The notes: generated by a model from the letters alone, not told the origin. A stretch of 64,000 nt of DNA from an uncultured Phycisphaerales bacterium (GCA_963755915.1 CAVWLP010000002.1:3360001-3424000); one strand, 5' to 3'; shown: positions 28,862-40,298, counted from the stretch's first letter. Program-made: numbers and translations.

Positions 28862-31552
28862 ATGGCACGCAAGAGCGGAAAACATCTCGTGATCGTCGAG
28901 TCGCCTGCGAAGGCGAAGACGATCAACAAATACCTCGGCGACGACTACATCGTAAAAGCCAGCATGGGGCATGTCCGCGATCTGCCTTCCAAGGGGATGG
29001 GCGTGGACCTCAAGACTTTCCAGCCGGATTATGAGGTGCTGGAAAGCCGCAGCAAGGTGATCGGGGAGCTTAAAAAGCTGGCGAAGGAAAGCGATAAGAT
29101 TTATCTGGCGACCGACTTGGACCGCGAGGGTGAGGCGATCGCCTGGCATCTGAAGGAAGCGCTGGAGATCCCGGATGACCGGGTGAACCGGGTCATCTTC
29201 AACGCGATCACCAAGAGCGAAATCCAGAAGGCGTTTAAGACGCCACACAATATAGATATAGACCGGGTGAACGCCCAGCAGGCGCGGCGAATCCTGGACC
29301 GGATCGTGGGTTATGAAATCAGCCCGCTGCTGTGGCGAAAGGTCGCACGGGGGCTGTCGGCGGGGCGGGTGCAGTCGGTGGCGGTTCGGCTGGTGGTGGA
29401 GCGGGAACGGGAGATCGAGGAATTCCTGCCGGATGAGTTCTGGAAGATCGCGGCGATCTTTACGCCGGCGTCCCGGGCGGCCCATGAACTGGCGGGGAAA
29501 TGGATCGACTTCCTGACCAACACCGGCAACGGGGAGCGGACGAAGTTAGAGCGGGATAAATGGCTGGCGGAGCACTCTGCATTCGCGGCCGAGCTTGTGG
29601 AGTTCGCGGGGAAGAAATTCGAGGCGAATAACAAGGCGGATACGCGGAAAATCGCCGAAGCGCTGGGGTTTGTTGTCAGCGAAGAGCAGAATACCAAAGA
29701 CCCGCAGGGGAAGGGGCCGGCGGCGAATCTGACCAAATTTGTCGGGCGCATCGAGAAGGCGCCGGCGTTTACCGTCCGGTCGATTGAAACAAAGCGGGCG
29801 ACGAGCAAGCCTTCGGCGCCGTTCATTACCAGCACGCTTCAGCAGGGGGCGAGCAGCCGGCTCGGATTTGGGGCGCAGCGGACGATGCGGATCGCGCAGT
29901 CGCTTTATGAGGCGGGGCATATTACTTACATGCGAACGGACAGCACGAATATTTCGGCCGATGCGCTGTCGATGGCTCGCGATTACGTCGGCAAAACATT
30001 CGGTCCGCGGTATCTGCCGGAAAAGGCGGTCGTATATGCCTCCAGCAATAAATCGGCGCAGGAAGCGCACGAAGCGATTCGCCCGACGGATCTCTCGCTG
30101 AATCCGGAAGCGGCGCATGCGAAGCTGGGGGCGGATGATTCGCGGCTTTATCAGCTTATCTGGAACCGGTTCGTGGCGTGCCAGATGTCGCCGGCAGAGT
30201 TTGATGCGACGACCGTTGTGATTGACGCGCCGACGAGCTCGGGGCAGGCGGTATTTCGGGCGGCGGGGCGGAAACTGGTGTTTGACGGGTTCATGCGGGT
30301 GACGGGAGTATCGAGCGAAGACCAGCTTTTGCCGGAGTTAACGGAGGGCAAGCCAGTGGTTCCGGTGCAGATTGATCCGAGCCAGCATTTCACGCAGCCG
30401 CCGCCGCGGTTTAGCGAGGCTTCGCTGGTGAAGGAGTTGGAGCGGCTGGGGATCGGGCGGCCGAGCACGTATGCGTCGATCATTCAGACGATTCAGGATC
30501 GGGAGTATGTCGAGCAGATCAATCGGCGGTTCTTTGCGACCATGCTCGGGTCGATTGTTACGGACAAACTCATTCAAGCCTTCCCGGAAATCATGGATGT
30601 CAGCTTTACGGCGGACATGGAAGGGAAGCTGGACGAGATCGAGGAGCATCACCTCGACTGGATCAAGCTGCTGAAGAATTTCTACGGGCCGTTCCATGAA
30701 ACCGTTGATGGGGCGCTGGATAAGCTCGAACACGCGGGTGGGACGGCGTCGCCTTATACGTGCGAAAAGTGCGGATCGCCGATGGTCTATCGCATCAGCA
30801 AGAACGGATTTTTCCTGAGCTGCACGCGATACCCGGAATGCGACGGGATCAAGGCGGTGGATAAGCAGGGTAAGCCGAAGATGATGGAGAAGAGCGAATT
30901 CAAATGCCCGAACTGCGGGCGTGAGATGCGGAAGATGAAGGGGCGATTCGGCGAGTTCCTGGGGTGCACGGGATACAACATCAAGAAAGAGGATGGGACG
31001 CGGGAGTGTGAGACGATCATCAATCTGGACAAAGAGGGGAAACCGATGCCGCCGAAGGCGAAGGTTCTCACGCCGATCAAGTGCGAGAAGTGCGGCAACG
31101 CGATGATCCTGCGGAACAGCAAGCGCGGGCCGTTCCTGGGATGCAGCAATTTCCCCAAGTGCCGGGCAACAAAGCAGGTAGCGAAGATGACGGGGGAGGA
31201 TTTGAAAACGGTCGCGGCGCTGCTTCCGAAGCTGCAGGAAGGCGGGGATAAGGCGTTGAAGCTGGTCGCCCAGCTCACCGGAGCGCCGGTGGCCGCGGCG
31301 AATGGGAATACCGGGCCGATTGCGACAGATATCGACTGCGACGAGTGTGGGAAGCCGATGGTGATCCGGACCGGGCGGCGGGGGAAATTCCTGGGGTGCA
31401 GCGGGTATCCGAAGTGTAAGAATACGGCGGAAGTGCCGGCGAAATTGCTGGAGGAGCTGGGGCTGAATGGGAATGGAAATGGGGAGGCGGCGAAGCCGCT
31501 TACGCCGCCGGTGGCTTCGCATGATCATGAAGAGGAAGCGGACGCGGCGTAG
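28862..31552 (+). CDS. topA: DNA topoisomerase I with C-terminal zinc ribbons
   Basis: VIVESPAKAKTI, LATDLDREGEAIAWH, SAGRVQS, ITYMRTDS, AQEAHEAIRPT, GIGRPSTYA, and four C4 zinc-ribbon repeats. Confidence 0.97.
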   Translation: MARKSGKHLVIVESPAKAKTINKYLGDDYIVKASMGHVRDLPSKGMGVDLKTFQPDYEVLESRSKVIGELKKLAKESDKIYLATDLDREGEAIAWHLKEALEIPDDRVNRVIFNAITKSEIQKAFKTPHNIDIDRVNAQQARRILDRIVGYEISPLLWRKVARGLSAGRVQSVAVRLVVEREREIEEFLPDEFWKIAAIFTPASRAAHELAGKWIDFLTNTGNGERTKLERDKWLAEHSAFAAELVEFAGKKFEANNKADTRKIAEALGFVVSEEQNTKDPQGKGPAANLTKFVGRIEKAPAFTVRSIETKRATSKPSAPFITSTLQQGASSRLGFGAQRTMRIAQSLYEAGHITYMRTDSTNISADALSMARDYVGKTFGPRYLPEKAVVYASSNKSAQEAHEAIRPTDLSLNPEAAHAKLGADDSRLYQLIWNRFVACQMSPAEFDATTVVIDAPTSSGQAVFRAAGRKLVFDGFMRVTGVSSEDQLLPELTEGKPVVPVQIDPSQHFTQPPPRFSEASLVKELERLGIGRPSTYASIIQTIQDREYVEQINRRFFATMLGSIVTDKLIQAFPEIMDVSFTADMEGKLDEIEEHHLDWIKLLKNFYGPFHETVDGALDKLEHAGGTASPYTCEKCGSPMVYRISKNGFFLSCTRYPECDGIKAVDKQGKPKMMEKSEFKCPNCGREMRKMKGRFGEFLGCTGYNIKKEDGTRECETIINLDKEGKPMPPKAKVLTPIKCEKCGNAMILRNSKRGPFLGCSNFPKCRATKQVAKMTGEDLKTVAALLPKLQEGGDKALKLVAQLTGAPVAAANGNTGPIATDIDCDECGKPMVIRTGRRGKFLGCSGYPKCKNTAEVPAKLLEELGLNGNGNGEAAKPLTPPVASHDHEEEADAA

Positions 31553-31935
31553 TAGGGTCCCCGGGGCAGTTCCGCTCTTATGCCCTCTCTCAGGCTCCAG
31601 GCCGACCTCCCTACATCTATTAAACTGCCCCGAAAATCAATTCCTCCCGCTTTCCCCCCTCAACTGGTACAAGCACCGCTGGTTCAATTTCCGACAAGAC
31701 AGAAGGCTCGAATTCGGACCACCAATTTCGACATCCGATATTTAATAATCTCGGGGGCCCTACAGCTCCTAAATCCGCGAACCGTTATCAGCCTCCAGAA
31801 TAATTGCTAGCGCTTGACAGTGAGGCGGGATATAATCTCGCACAGCTGAACCGGTCGGACCACATTAAACCCGTATCGGCGTTAATCTGGCGATCGCCAA
31901 TTTATCGAGTCGGATTTCGCCTTCGAGAGTGGAAC

Positions 31936-33665
31936 ATGGTATTCAGGCGAACAGAAGCATTGACAGCAATTGCCGACGGGCTAGGAGCGATCAAGTCCTC
32001 TTGCGAGCACCGGGGCCTTTTGCATCTTTTTGATAACCACACGGTTGCCCAGCACTTCTTCCGACGCTTGCTTAATGCGGCCTACCAACTTGAACTGGTT
32101 GAGCTAGATAATCTTGCGGAAAACTTCCCAGCAATTGACCTCGCGGATGCAAACAAGCGGATTGCCTACCAGGTTACTACCGAGAAAGCTAGCGAAAAGG
32201 TTACGAAGACCCTCAGCAAATTCAAACAACACAAACTCGATGCGCGGTTCGACACCGTTAAGATCCTCATTATCGGCGACCGGCAACAAACGTACGACGC
32301 CGTTAGAATTCCAGACAAACTGAAATTCAGCACGACCGACGACATAATCGACGTCGCTGGCCTACTAAAGCACATTAAGACGCTGGACACGGCTCAACTA
32401 GAGGCGATCCAGGAAGTCCTCGCCGAGGAAGTGAAGTCGCCACTTAGGTTCTCGCTCGCGGCCACGGCGCTGGGCGGACTTTCGATTGACATCGGGGTTT
32501 TGCGCGAACCACCGCTGCACACCGACCCCGGCGAGACTTTCACCGATGACAGGGTACTGCGCTACACCCTCACCAAGGAGAAAGCCGAGGAGGAAGTGTC
32601 GGTAATTTTGCCGCAGATGGGCTATTTATCCCAAATCGGGAAGTCGCCGATTGACGCGATCCCCTTCTTCCATAACCCTTTCAAATGCCATTATCCCTGC
32701 CTCGACGTCACGTTCGTGAACAACACGGGCGAGACGTTGGCGATCACCGAGGCAGTTTTCGAGGTTGCCGAGAGCGTTCCGGACATCTTGCCCGTTATCG
32801 TGTTTAAAGACGACAACGCCCGAATGCAGTTGATTATCGATAACGAGGGGTGGGGCAAGGTATGCAAGCCGGTTATGCGGTGCAATATAGTGCCCACGGG
32901 AGCGACGGACGTTCTCCCGGACCCGCCAATCGGCCACGTCCCTGTGACGGGGCCATATGCACACGAAATACATTTGCCAGATTTCGAAGAAATCACCACC
33001 CTCGATCTAGCAGACACTTTCACGAAGCTCGGGGTTGATGTGAAGACCATAAAGGAAACGCATGCGGTAGGGCAGGCACTTGCGTGGCGCACGCGGTGCA
33101 GAATGGGCTCAATGTGGCTCTGTGGCAACACTATGGCCGCTTCCCGGAACTGGAAACGGACGAGGCGTGGGCGCCGTTCCCCGACGGGTACGCCGTTGTC
33201 GCGGGTACCCTCGACTACCAAGACGAGGCGGGCGCCGCCTACGCCGTGCCATTCCGCGTTCGGGTATTTCTCTTTCAGACCAAATACAACCTCCCCATGC
33301 CGCCGAGCTACACCTACAATGCGATGCTCGAACCAGAGGGCAAAAAATATGCTGTTGTCTGCCCGGTTGTTCATTCACTCAAAAATGGCGAAGCGGATCG
33401 GATTCACATTCGGGTCGGATGTCTCCGATCGGCGACCCACAAACTCCGCATTAAATGGCGATTAAGCGCGGGAAGGGAATTGGTAAGCAAACCGATCACC
33501 CTGCAACATTTCGTTCCAAGGCGGTGGGCGCAAAAACGTAAAAATCGGAGCGAGGTGGGGCAGGAAGAGAAAGCACAGCTACCGGCTACACACCCGCAGA
33601 TGGGGTGCGTGGAAGCGACTGTCCTGACGGCGCTGAAAATCGCAGGCCGCCGCCGTGAGAAGTAA
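31936..33665 (+). CDS. SMEK-domain protein with unknown C-terminal region (frameshift at about 33075)
   Basis: N-terminus GLLHLFDNHTVAQHFFRRLLNAAYQLEL..LD...NFPAIDLAD...IAYQVT....EKV..TL.KF matches my recollection of the SMEK domain. Codon usage is visibly more AT-rich than in neighbouring genes. Confidence 0.75.
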
Positions 33666-33855
33666 GAGGGCTCAGCCGACGGGCGGCCCCCCCATAGAGG
33701 AGCGATGCGGTGCCCCTACCTACCTGACGCCGCCGGCGCTGAAGCGTTAGAGTTGAAATTCGCTTCAAATTTTCTTCTTGACTTTGGAAATGATAGTTAG
33801 GTATAAGTTAGGTTCTCGAAGTCCCGGACTTCTTATCTTGCACGGAGCCACCCAT

Positions 33856-34449
33856 ATGCCCAAACGCCCTTTTCCCCTCCCCAACTTTCCCGACGACCCC
33901 GACCCTACCGCTCGACCCTCCATCGAAGTCCCGCCGGTGTCCCCACCGGCGGAATTCAACGCCCTAAACTCGTATGGCCGATCCGACACCAGCGACCCAC
34001 CCCCCGGGGGGGATATGGGACATTCTGAGTCAGAGCGGGACTTCTCCGACATCGAACCCCTTTCCGAACGTCAACTCCAGGCCATCGAGCTCACCATGCT
34101 CGGCCACTCTGACGTCTACATCGCCGAAACACTCCGCATCAACCGCCGCACCCTCTGGCGATGGAAAAATCTCGACGACGACTACCGCCGCGTCCTCAAC
34201 AACGCCCGCATCCAGATGTACGCCTCCGCCGCCGACCGCTATCAAACGCTCCTCTCTCGCGCCACCGGCATCCTCTCCCAATCCCTCCAGGATCCCGCCG
34301 ACGAACACTCCTTCCGCGCTGCGGTCGTCGTCCTCAATATGGCCGGCTGCTTCCGACCCCTGCCACCAAAGTACTTCCCCCCCGCGGAAAAAGCCCCCGA
34401 AGAATACAAGCCCTGGCCACCCCCCGATCTGCCGGAGAAAGTGGGGTAA
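33856..34449 (+). CDS. Helix-turn-helix protein with Pro-rich termini
   Basis: LSERQLQAIEL.MLGHSD..IAETLRINRRTLWRWK. GGAG RBS. Confidence 0.8.
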   Translation: MPKRPFPLPNFPDDPDPTARPSIEVPPVSPPAEFNALNSYGRSDTSDPPPGGDMGHSESERDFSDIEPLSERQLQAIELTMLGHSDVYIAETLRINRRTLWRWKNLDDDYRRVLNNARIQMYASAADRYQTLLSRATGILSQSLQDPADEHSFRAAVVVLNMAGCFRPLPPKYFPPAEKAPEEYKPWPPPDLPEKVG

Positions 34450-34633
34450 GCCACAGTGCGGAAACCCTCTTATCCCCTCCTCTGGTGCGCCAGGCGCAGC
34501 CCCCGCGGGACTGTTAATGTCGCGGCTGAAGCGCCAATCGATGAGGATTTCTGCAGAGCATTTTCAATCGCGATAAAATGGCATCGGCGCGATTGTCCGG
34601 TCCAGCGACCGGCCGTCCATTACCGGTTTGAAA

Positions 34634-36181
34634 ATGGAAACCAGCGACGCCGAATTGCTTCGCCAGTTCGCGGCGGAAGGCTCGAGCGAAGCCTTCGCGG
34701 GTCTTGTTCGGCGGTATAGCGGGATGGTTTATTCCTCCGCGCGGCGACAGGTTGGCGATCCTCACCTGGCGGAAGATGTGACACAGGCGGTGTTCATTCT
34801 GTTGACGCGCAAAGCGAGCGGGATTCGCGGGGAGATTTTGACGCCGTGGCTTTTGAGGGCTACGTTTTTTGCCTCGCGAGACGCCAAAAAGCTCAAGGCG
34901 CGGCGGGAATTTCATGAAAAACAGGCGGCGGTTATGCGACCGGACCCGATTAGTTCCAAATCAAACGAGCCCGGCTGGGAAGACTATGCGCCCTGCGTCG
35001 ACGCCGCCCTGGCGAGACTTGGGGCGAAGGATCGGCAGGCGTTGGCGCTGCGGTTTTTCCGAGGGATGAAGCTCAGCGAAGTGGGGGAATCGATGGGGAT
35101 TGGCGAGGAAGCGGCTCGGAAGCGGGTTGATCGGGCGATTTCTCGGCTTCGGCGCACGATCGTGGCATCCGCAGCGGCGCCGGCGGAATCGGCACTTTGT
35201 GCACAGTTGCTGGCGCGAGCGACTGAGCCTGCGCCGGCGCATCTGGTTCATTCAATCGCGGCCGGAGGCGGCGGTGTGGCGAAGGGAACGATTGCCTGGG
35301 CTATCGCTAAGAAAGCGGGAGATGCCATGACATGGATCAAGGTGAAGATCGCTGCGGCGGTTGTTGCGGTGAGCGTTGCGGCGGGCGGCGGGACTGCGAC
35401 GATTGTTGTGTTGGCCCAGAGCCAGTCCCAGGCTCCTCCTCCGCCTCCAGCGGCTCATGCCTCGCCGACGCCGCAGCCGTTTGTCAGTCCCGAGGACCAG
35501 GCGGCGAATGGAGTCCTCAACCAGGTGTTACCAGGCATGAACCTGGCGAAAGCGGGGTTTGGCGATTGCATCGATTTCGCTCGTGATTTTACCAATGGGA
35601 ATTTCTACGTTGATTGGAAAGCGCTTAGTGAAATCGGCGTGACCCCGAAAACACATGTTGGGCAATCCGAGCCGAGCAAGAAAGTGTCCGCTTTCCTGAC
35701 GGATATCCTTGGGCGGGCCTCGCCGGATCTCACTTATCATATCCATGACGGGGTGATTGTGATCACGACTGCGAAGCAGCTTTCGATTGACAATGGCGCG
35801 CCCGGTCCCGACCTTCGTGAAATTCGTGACAGCAGAGATCCTCGACTCAGCCCTGCGGATCGCGCGGCGGAAATGAAGCTTGAAAAAGTCTTGGCGAGCC
35901 TCCAGCTTCCACAATCGCCCTTTGGCGACGTGATGGATTTCATGCGCGATATTACTGGTCTGAATATTTCGGTGAACTGGGATGCGCTCAAGGCGGTGGG
36001 AATAACACGGAATACCCAGGTCGCTATTACCCTGCGTAACGTCAAGACCTCCACCGCGCTGGAGTTCGATCTGAAGGACGCCGGTGAAGATAAGCTTGGT
36101 TTCCGCCTCCACAGCGGCGTGGTCGTGATCTCGACAATTTCCGATCTGGCGCCACCGGCAACGTCGCCTTCACCGCACTGA
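34634..36181 (+). CDS. ECF sigma factor with TM helix and two tandem extracytoplasmic (STN-like) domains
   Basis: [49 protein letters not shown] segment [15 protein letters not shown]. Duplicated DFxRDxT.xN..VxWxAL..xGxT...HxGVxVIxT. Confidence 0.88.
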   Translation: METSDAELLRQFAAEGSSEAFAGLVRRYSGMVYSSARRQVGDPHLAEDVTQAVFILLTRKASGIRGEILTPWLLRATFFASRDAKKLKARREFHEKQAAVMRPDPISSKSNEPGWEDYAPCVDAALARLGAKDRQALALRFFRGMKLSEVGESMGIGEEAARKRVDRAISRLRRTIVASAAAPAESALCAQLLARATEPAPAHLVHSIAAGGGGVAKGTIAWAIAKKAGDAMTWIKVKIAAAVVAVSVAAGGGTATIVVLAQSQSQAPPPPPAAHASPTPQPFVSPEDQAANGVLNQVLPGMNLAKAGFGDCIDFARDFTNGNFYVDWKALSEIGVTPKTHVGQSEPSKKVSAFLTDILGRASPDLTYHIHDGVIVITTAKQLSIDNGAPGPDLREIRDSRDPRLSPADRAAEMKLEKVLASLQLPQSPFGDVMDFMRDITGLNISVNWDALKAVGITRNTQVAITLRNVKTSTALEFDLKDAGEDKLGFRLHSGVVVISTISDLAPPATSPSPH

Positions 36182-36225
36182 TTCGAAACTTTGCCTAAAT
36201 CGCCAACCCGGCGACAATACCGTTT

Positions 36226-36858
36226 ATGGGCGAGCTTTTCTTCTTTCAGCTTGGCAAGATCATAGAGGCGTACCAGTGCGACACGTTTTTCGAAACGGGG
36301 ACGGGGTTTGGGTTTGGGGTTCAGATCGCACGAATGTTTCCGTTCAAACATATCCTCTCCGTGGAAATTCTGGTGAGCGAGGTTGAGCGGCTGAAGCCGG
36401 CGTTTGCGTCGGATCGGCGGGTGCAGCTCTTCGCGGGGAAGAGCAGCGACATCATGAGCCAGGTTTTGCCGCAGGTTCCGGGGAATATTATCTTCTGGCT
36501 GGATGCGCATTTTCCGGGGGCGCATCATCATTATGTTAATTATGATGCCGAGAAGGATATCGATACGCGGCTGCCGCTGGAGCGGGAACTTTCGCTCATT
36601 AAGGAGCTTCGTCCTGGCAAACGCGATGTGATCCTCATCGATGACCTGCGGATTTATGAGCGGGACAATTTTGAGTGGGGGAACATGAGCGATCATGGAC
36701 TGGGGGAGGTGGCGAAGCTGGATTCGCGGTTTCTCTTCACGACGTTTGAGCAGACGCATGTGGCGCAGCGATTTTTGAATCATTCGGGGTATCTGGCGCT
36801 GCTGCCGAAGCCTGTCGGGGAAAATCCGAAACCAGAAACCAGAATGCCGAATCAATGA
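36226..36858 (+). CDS. Hypothetical SAM-methyltransferase-like protein
   Basis: FFETGTGFG, SVEI, IFWLDAHF, VILIDDLR. Confidence 0.7.
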   Translation: MGELFFFQLGKIIEAYQCDTFFETGTGFGFGVQIARMFPFKHILSVEILVSEVERLKPAFASDRRVQLFAGKSSDIMSQVLPQVPGNIIFWLDAHFPGAHHHYVNYDAEKDIDTRLPLERELSLIKELRPGKRDVILIDDLRIYERDNFEWGNMSDHGLGEVAKLDSRFLFTTFEQTHVAQRFLNHSGYLALLPKPVGENPKPETRMPNQ

Positions 36859-36930
36859 TCGAATGACGAAATCAGAAATTGGATTTTTTAAGCTGGCCTC
36901 GGTCAGTCATTCTTGGCAAACTACTTCCCC

Positions 36931-37519
36931 ATGTCGCTGCCTCGTTTATATCTGATTCGTCACGGGAATACGGATTGGGCGGAAACGCACCGGTTTACGG
37001 GGCGGACGGATCTGCCGCTGAATGCGCGGGGAAGAGAACGCGCGAAGGCTTGCGGGGCGGTTGGCGGGGTTGTCGTTTGCCAAGGTCTTTTCCAGCCCGC
37101 TTCAGCGTGCAAGGAGGACGTGCGAACTGGCCGGATTCGCAGCAGCGGCGGAGATTGATCCCGATCTTTTGGAATGGGATTACGGGCAATATGAGGGGCA
37201 CTCGTCGATAGTGGTGCATCAGGAGCATCCGGAATGGAGTCTTTTTCGGGACGGTGCTCCCGGTGGAGAATCGCCGGCGGCGATTGCGGCGCGGGCGGAT
37301 CGGTTCATCGCGAAGGTGCGGCAGATTTCGGGGGATGTGGCGGCGTTTTCGAGCGGGCATATCACGCGGGTGCTGGGGGCGCGGTGGATTAATCTTGGGC
37401 CGGAGGCGGCGGGGAAACTGCTGTGCAATACGGCCAGCGTCAATATCCTGAGCTATGAGCATGATATGAATCATCCGGCGATCGATCTTTGGAATGATGA
37501 TGGAAGAATTCGGTCTTGA
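36931..37519 (+). CDS. Histidine phosphatase family protein (frameshift at about 37050)
   Basis: LYLIRHGNTDW, TGRTDLPL, SSPLQRARRT, EWDYGQYEG, PGGES. Confidence 0.9.
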
Positions 37520-37521
37520 GG

Positions 37522-38410
37522 TCACCGCGCGGCAATCAGCCCAAACCGCGTATGGACTCTTCGCTCCAGCGGGCCGAAGGCGAAGCGGTCGGCGAGCATT
37601 CCGATGAGGACCATCACGATCATCACGGCGACGACCTGGGAGATCAGGGAATTGTTTTCGCCCATGTTGAGGAGAAAACCGAGGCCCTGGTGATCGCCGA
37701 CGAGGGGGAAAATCAGTTCGGCGCCCATGAGGGATCGCCAGGCGAAGCTGAAGCCCTGACGCAGGCTGCTGGCGAGGGCGGGGAGACTGGCGGGGAAGAG
37801 GACGTAGCGATAGAGGCGCCAGCCGTGGGCGCCGATCATCAGGCCTGCGCGGCGGTAGAGGGGGGGAATGGCGCAGGCCGTCGCGCATGGAGATGGCAAT
37901 GCCGAAGGTGCTGCCCATGACCAGGACGAATAGGATACCGGTTTCACTGAAGCTGAAGACGAGGATGGCGAGGGGCACCCAGCAGACGCTGGGGAGGGTT
38001 TGAAGGCCGAGAAAGACGGGCCTTAGGAATTCATCCAATGCCGGCCAGCGCCACATGGCGGCTCCGAGCGCGGCGCCGAGAATGATGCTGATTGAAAATC
38101 CGGCGATGAGGCGGACGCCGCTGACGATGTCGGCTTTGACCAACTGGCTGTGAATGATGCGGGAGGGGAGGGATCCGTCGCTGGGCTGGGCGTCGGTGAG
38201 GGCGGGCCAGCCTTTGTGGAGATCTTCGCCGAAGCCGGTTTGGATGCCGAGCATGTCGAGCATTGAATCGAGGACCTGGCTGGGGGCGGGAAAGATGAAG
38301 GTGCGCCAGTGGATGATCCTATATGCCGCTTCCCATGTCGTCAGCAAAAGAACCCAGATCAGCGTTCTCTTCAGGCCGCCAAGTATCCTCTGCCGAGCGG
38401 GCGTTAGCAC
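37522..38410 (-). CDS. Sulfonate/nitrate ABC transporter permease (frameshift at about 37865)
   Basis: FPAPSQV, GLQTLPSVCWVPLA, FSFAWRSLMGAEL. GAGG + GTG 38410. Confidence 0.85.
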
Positions 38411-39209
38411 GATTGACCTCTTCGGTGATTTCTCTACGGACGAGCCGCGCCAGTTCGTTGATGTCCGGGCTGTCGAATTTTCTGGGATGGGGTAGCTCAA
38501 CGCAAATCTCCTTGCGAATCCTGCCCGGATGGGTGTGGAGGATGATGATTCGGTCGGCAAGGCGGACGGCTTCGCCGACCGAATGGGTTACGAACAAGAT
38601 GGTTTTTTTAGTTTCGATCCAGAGGGACTGAAGCTGGCCGTGCATGTCGGTTCGGGTCTGGGCGTCGAGGGCGGCGAAGGGTTCGTCCATGAGGAGGACA
38701 GCCGGGTTGACGACCATGGCGCGGGCGATGGCAATGCGCTGGCGCATTCCGCCGGAGAGTTCGTGAACGAGCTTTTCGGCGCTGCCGGAGAGATGGACCA
38801 TGGCCAGGGCATCGGCGACGCGTGCGGCGCGTTCGGTTTTGGAAATTCCGGACATTTTCAGGCCGAATTCGACGTTTTGGGAGGCGGTGAGCCAGGGGAA
38901 GAGACCGTGGTCCTGGAAGACCATGGCGCGTTCGGGGCCGGGGGCGGTGATGGGCTTGCCATCGAGCTGCGCGGCTCCGGCGTCGGGGGAAATCATTCCG
39001 GCGGCAATGTTGAGCAGGGTTGATTTGCCGCTGCCGCTGGGGCCGACGACGACGACGAATTCACCGGGGCGGCAATCGAGGGTGATGTCCTCGATGGCGG
39101 CCATATCGGAGGCGCCGAATCGCTTGGAAACGCGGTCGAGCTTGAGCCAACCGACGGTTGTCTGCGAATCGGGTTCGGCGACTGCTGATTTTCCGCTGAA
39201 AAACATCAT
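38319..39209 (-). CDS. Sulfonate/nitrate ABC transporter ATP-binding protein
   Basis: GPSGSGKST, VFQDHGLFPW, LSGGMRQR, LLMDEPFAALD, FVTHSV. Confidence 0.92.
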   Translation of the reverse strand: MMFFSGKSAVAEPDSQTTVGWLKLDRVSKRFGASDMAAIEDITLDCRPGEFVVVVGPSGSGKSTLLNIAAGMISPDAGAAQLDGKPITAPGPERAMVFQDHGLFPWLTASQNVEFGLKMSGISKTERAARVADALAMVHLSGSAEKLVHELSGGMRQRIAIARAMVVNPAVLLMDEPFAALDAQTRTDMHGQLQSLWIETKKTILFVTHSVGEAVRLADRIIILHTHPGRIRKEICVELPHPRKFDSPDINELARLVRREITEEVNRANARSAEDTWRPEENADLGSFADDMGSGI

Positions 39210-39224
39210 TTTTCATTCCCCGGT

Positions 39225-40265
39225 TCAGGGTTGAGTCGCCGCGGGAGCCGCATCGAGCTTTTGGAGGATGTCGGTCGCAAAAAGGCCTGTGAGGGGCGGC
39301 GCCGACTTGATGAACTTCAAATCATACGACCACTGCTCCATGGTGGCGAATGTATCGGGGAGGGGATCGTCGGTGAATTCCGTTCGTTTGAGGGCGTCCT
39401 GCATGACGGTTCCCGGCAGCTTCTTGCCGCCGAGGGATACCAGGGCATCGTTCAATTGGTCGGCGTAATTGAGTGGATTCTGCTTTAGCCGCTGGGTCCA
39501 GGTTCGATGGACTGCCAGGATTGTTTCCAAAACATCGGGGTGATTCTGGAGGAAATCGGGGGTTGTCACGACCACGGTGAGCGAGAACTCGTGATTTGGC
39601 CAGAGGTCTTTCTCTTCGCCGATGAGAACGGCGCCGGTCTGATCGATCAGGCGTGCGCCCCAGGGTTCGGGTTCCCAGGCGGCGTCGATGGCATCGCGGG
39701 CCATCAGGCCGCTTTGCTGGCTGTTGGGAATTCCCTTGACGTTGTCGGCGTCGGGCTGTCCGAGGACTGCGGTGACATAATGCCGGGCGGAAACGTCCTG
39801 GGTGTTACCGAGCTGGGGGGTGGCGATGAGCTTGTCCTTGAGCTGCGACATTGATTGGATGCCGGAATTTTTGGAGGCGACGATGACCACGCCATTGGCA
39901 GCGGAGCCGCTGATGACGCGGATTGCCTGGCCGTTGGTGTTTACGTCTTCGGAAATCACGGGGCCGGGGCCGACGTAGGCGACGTCGATCGCGCCGGCGT
40001 TGAGGGCCTGCATTAACTCTGGGCCGGCGTTGAAGACTTTGGTGGTGAGCTTGGTGGGTCTCAGGGCGTTTTGTAATTCTCCGGAGGAGACTTCGAGGAC
40101 GGCCTGGGCGTGGGTGACGTTTGCGAAGTAGCCGAGGCGGACTTCGGGGAGGGGTGGGGGGGTTGTGGAGGTGGCTGACGGCGCGATTCCCTTGTCGCAG
40201 CCGGCGAGGGCGCAAGCGAAAAACAGGCCGCAGAGAAGGGCGGATTGGTACGTCTTCACTTCCAT
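39225..40265 (-). CDS. ssuA: Aliphatic sulfonate ABC substrate-binding lipoprotein
   Basis: Lipobox LAGC, LGYFANVTHAQA, FNAGP, YVGPGP, TPQLGNTQDVSAR, WEPEPWG. Confidence 0.85.
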   Translation of the reverse strand: MEVKTYQSALLCGLFFACALAGCDKGIAPSATSTTPPPLPEVRLGYFANVTHAQAVLEVSSGELQNALRPTKLTTKVFNAGPELMQALNAGAIDVAYVGPGPVISEDVNTNGQAIRVISGSAANGVVIVASKNSGIQSMSQLKDKLIATPQLGNTQDVSARHYVTAVLGQPDADNVKGIPNSQQSGLMARDAIDAAWEPEPWGARLIDQTGAVLIGEEKDLWPNHEFSLTVVVTTPDFLQNHPDVLETILAVHRTWTQRLKQNPLNYADQLNDALVSLGGKKLPGTVMQDALKRTEFTDDPLPDTFATMEQWSYDLKFIKSAPPLTGLFATDILQKLDAAPAATQP

Positions 40266-40298
40266 CCAATATAATCGAGGTTAGGCTTAGATGCAATT

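Noticed and set aside
31814-31836. Perfect TTGACA and TATAAT upstream of the SMEK gene
   Set aside because: The spacer is only 11 bp, so they cannot be one canonical promoter. The -10 alone may still function.
33665-33755. Possible integron attC or group II intron end after the SMEK gene (GCCGCCGGCGCTGAAGCGTTAG)
   Set aside because: No matching inverse core site, no second copy, and no integrase or RT in the window.
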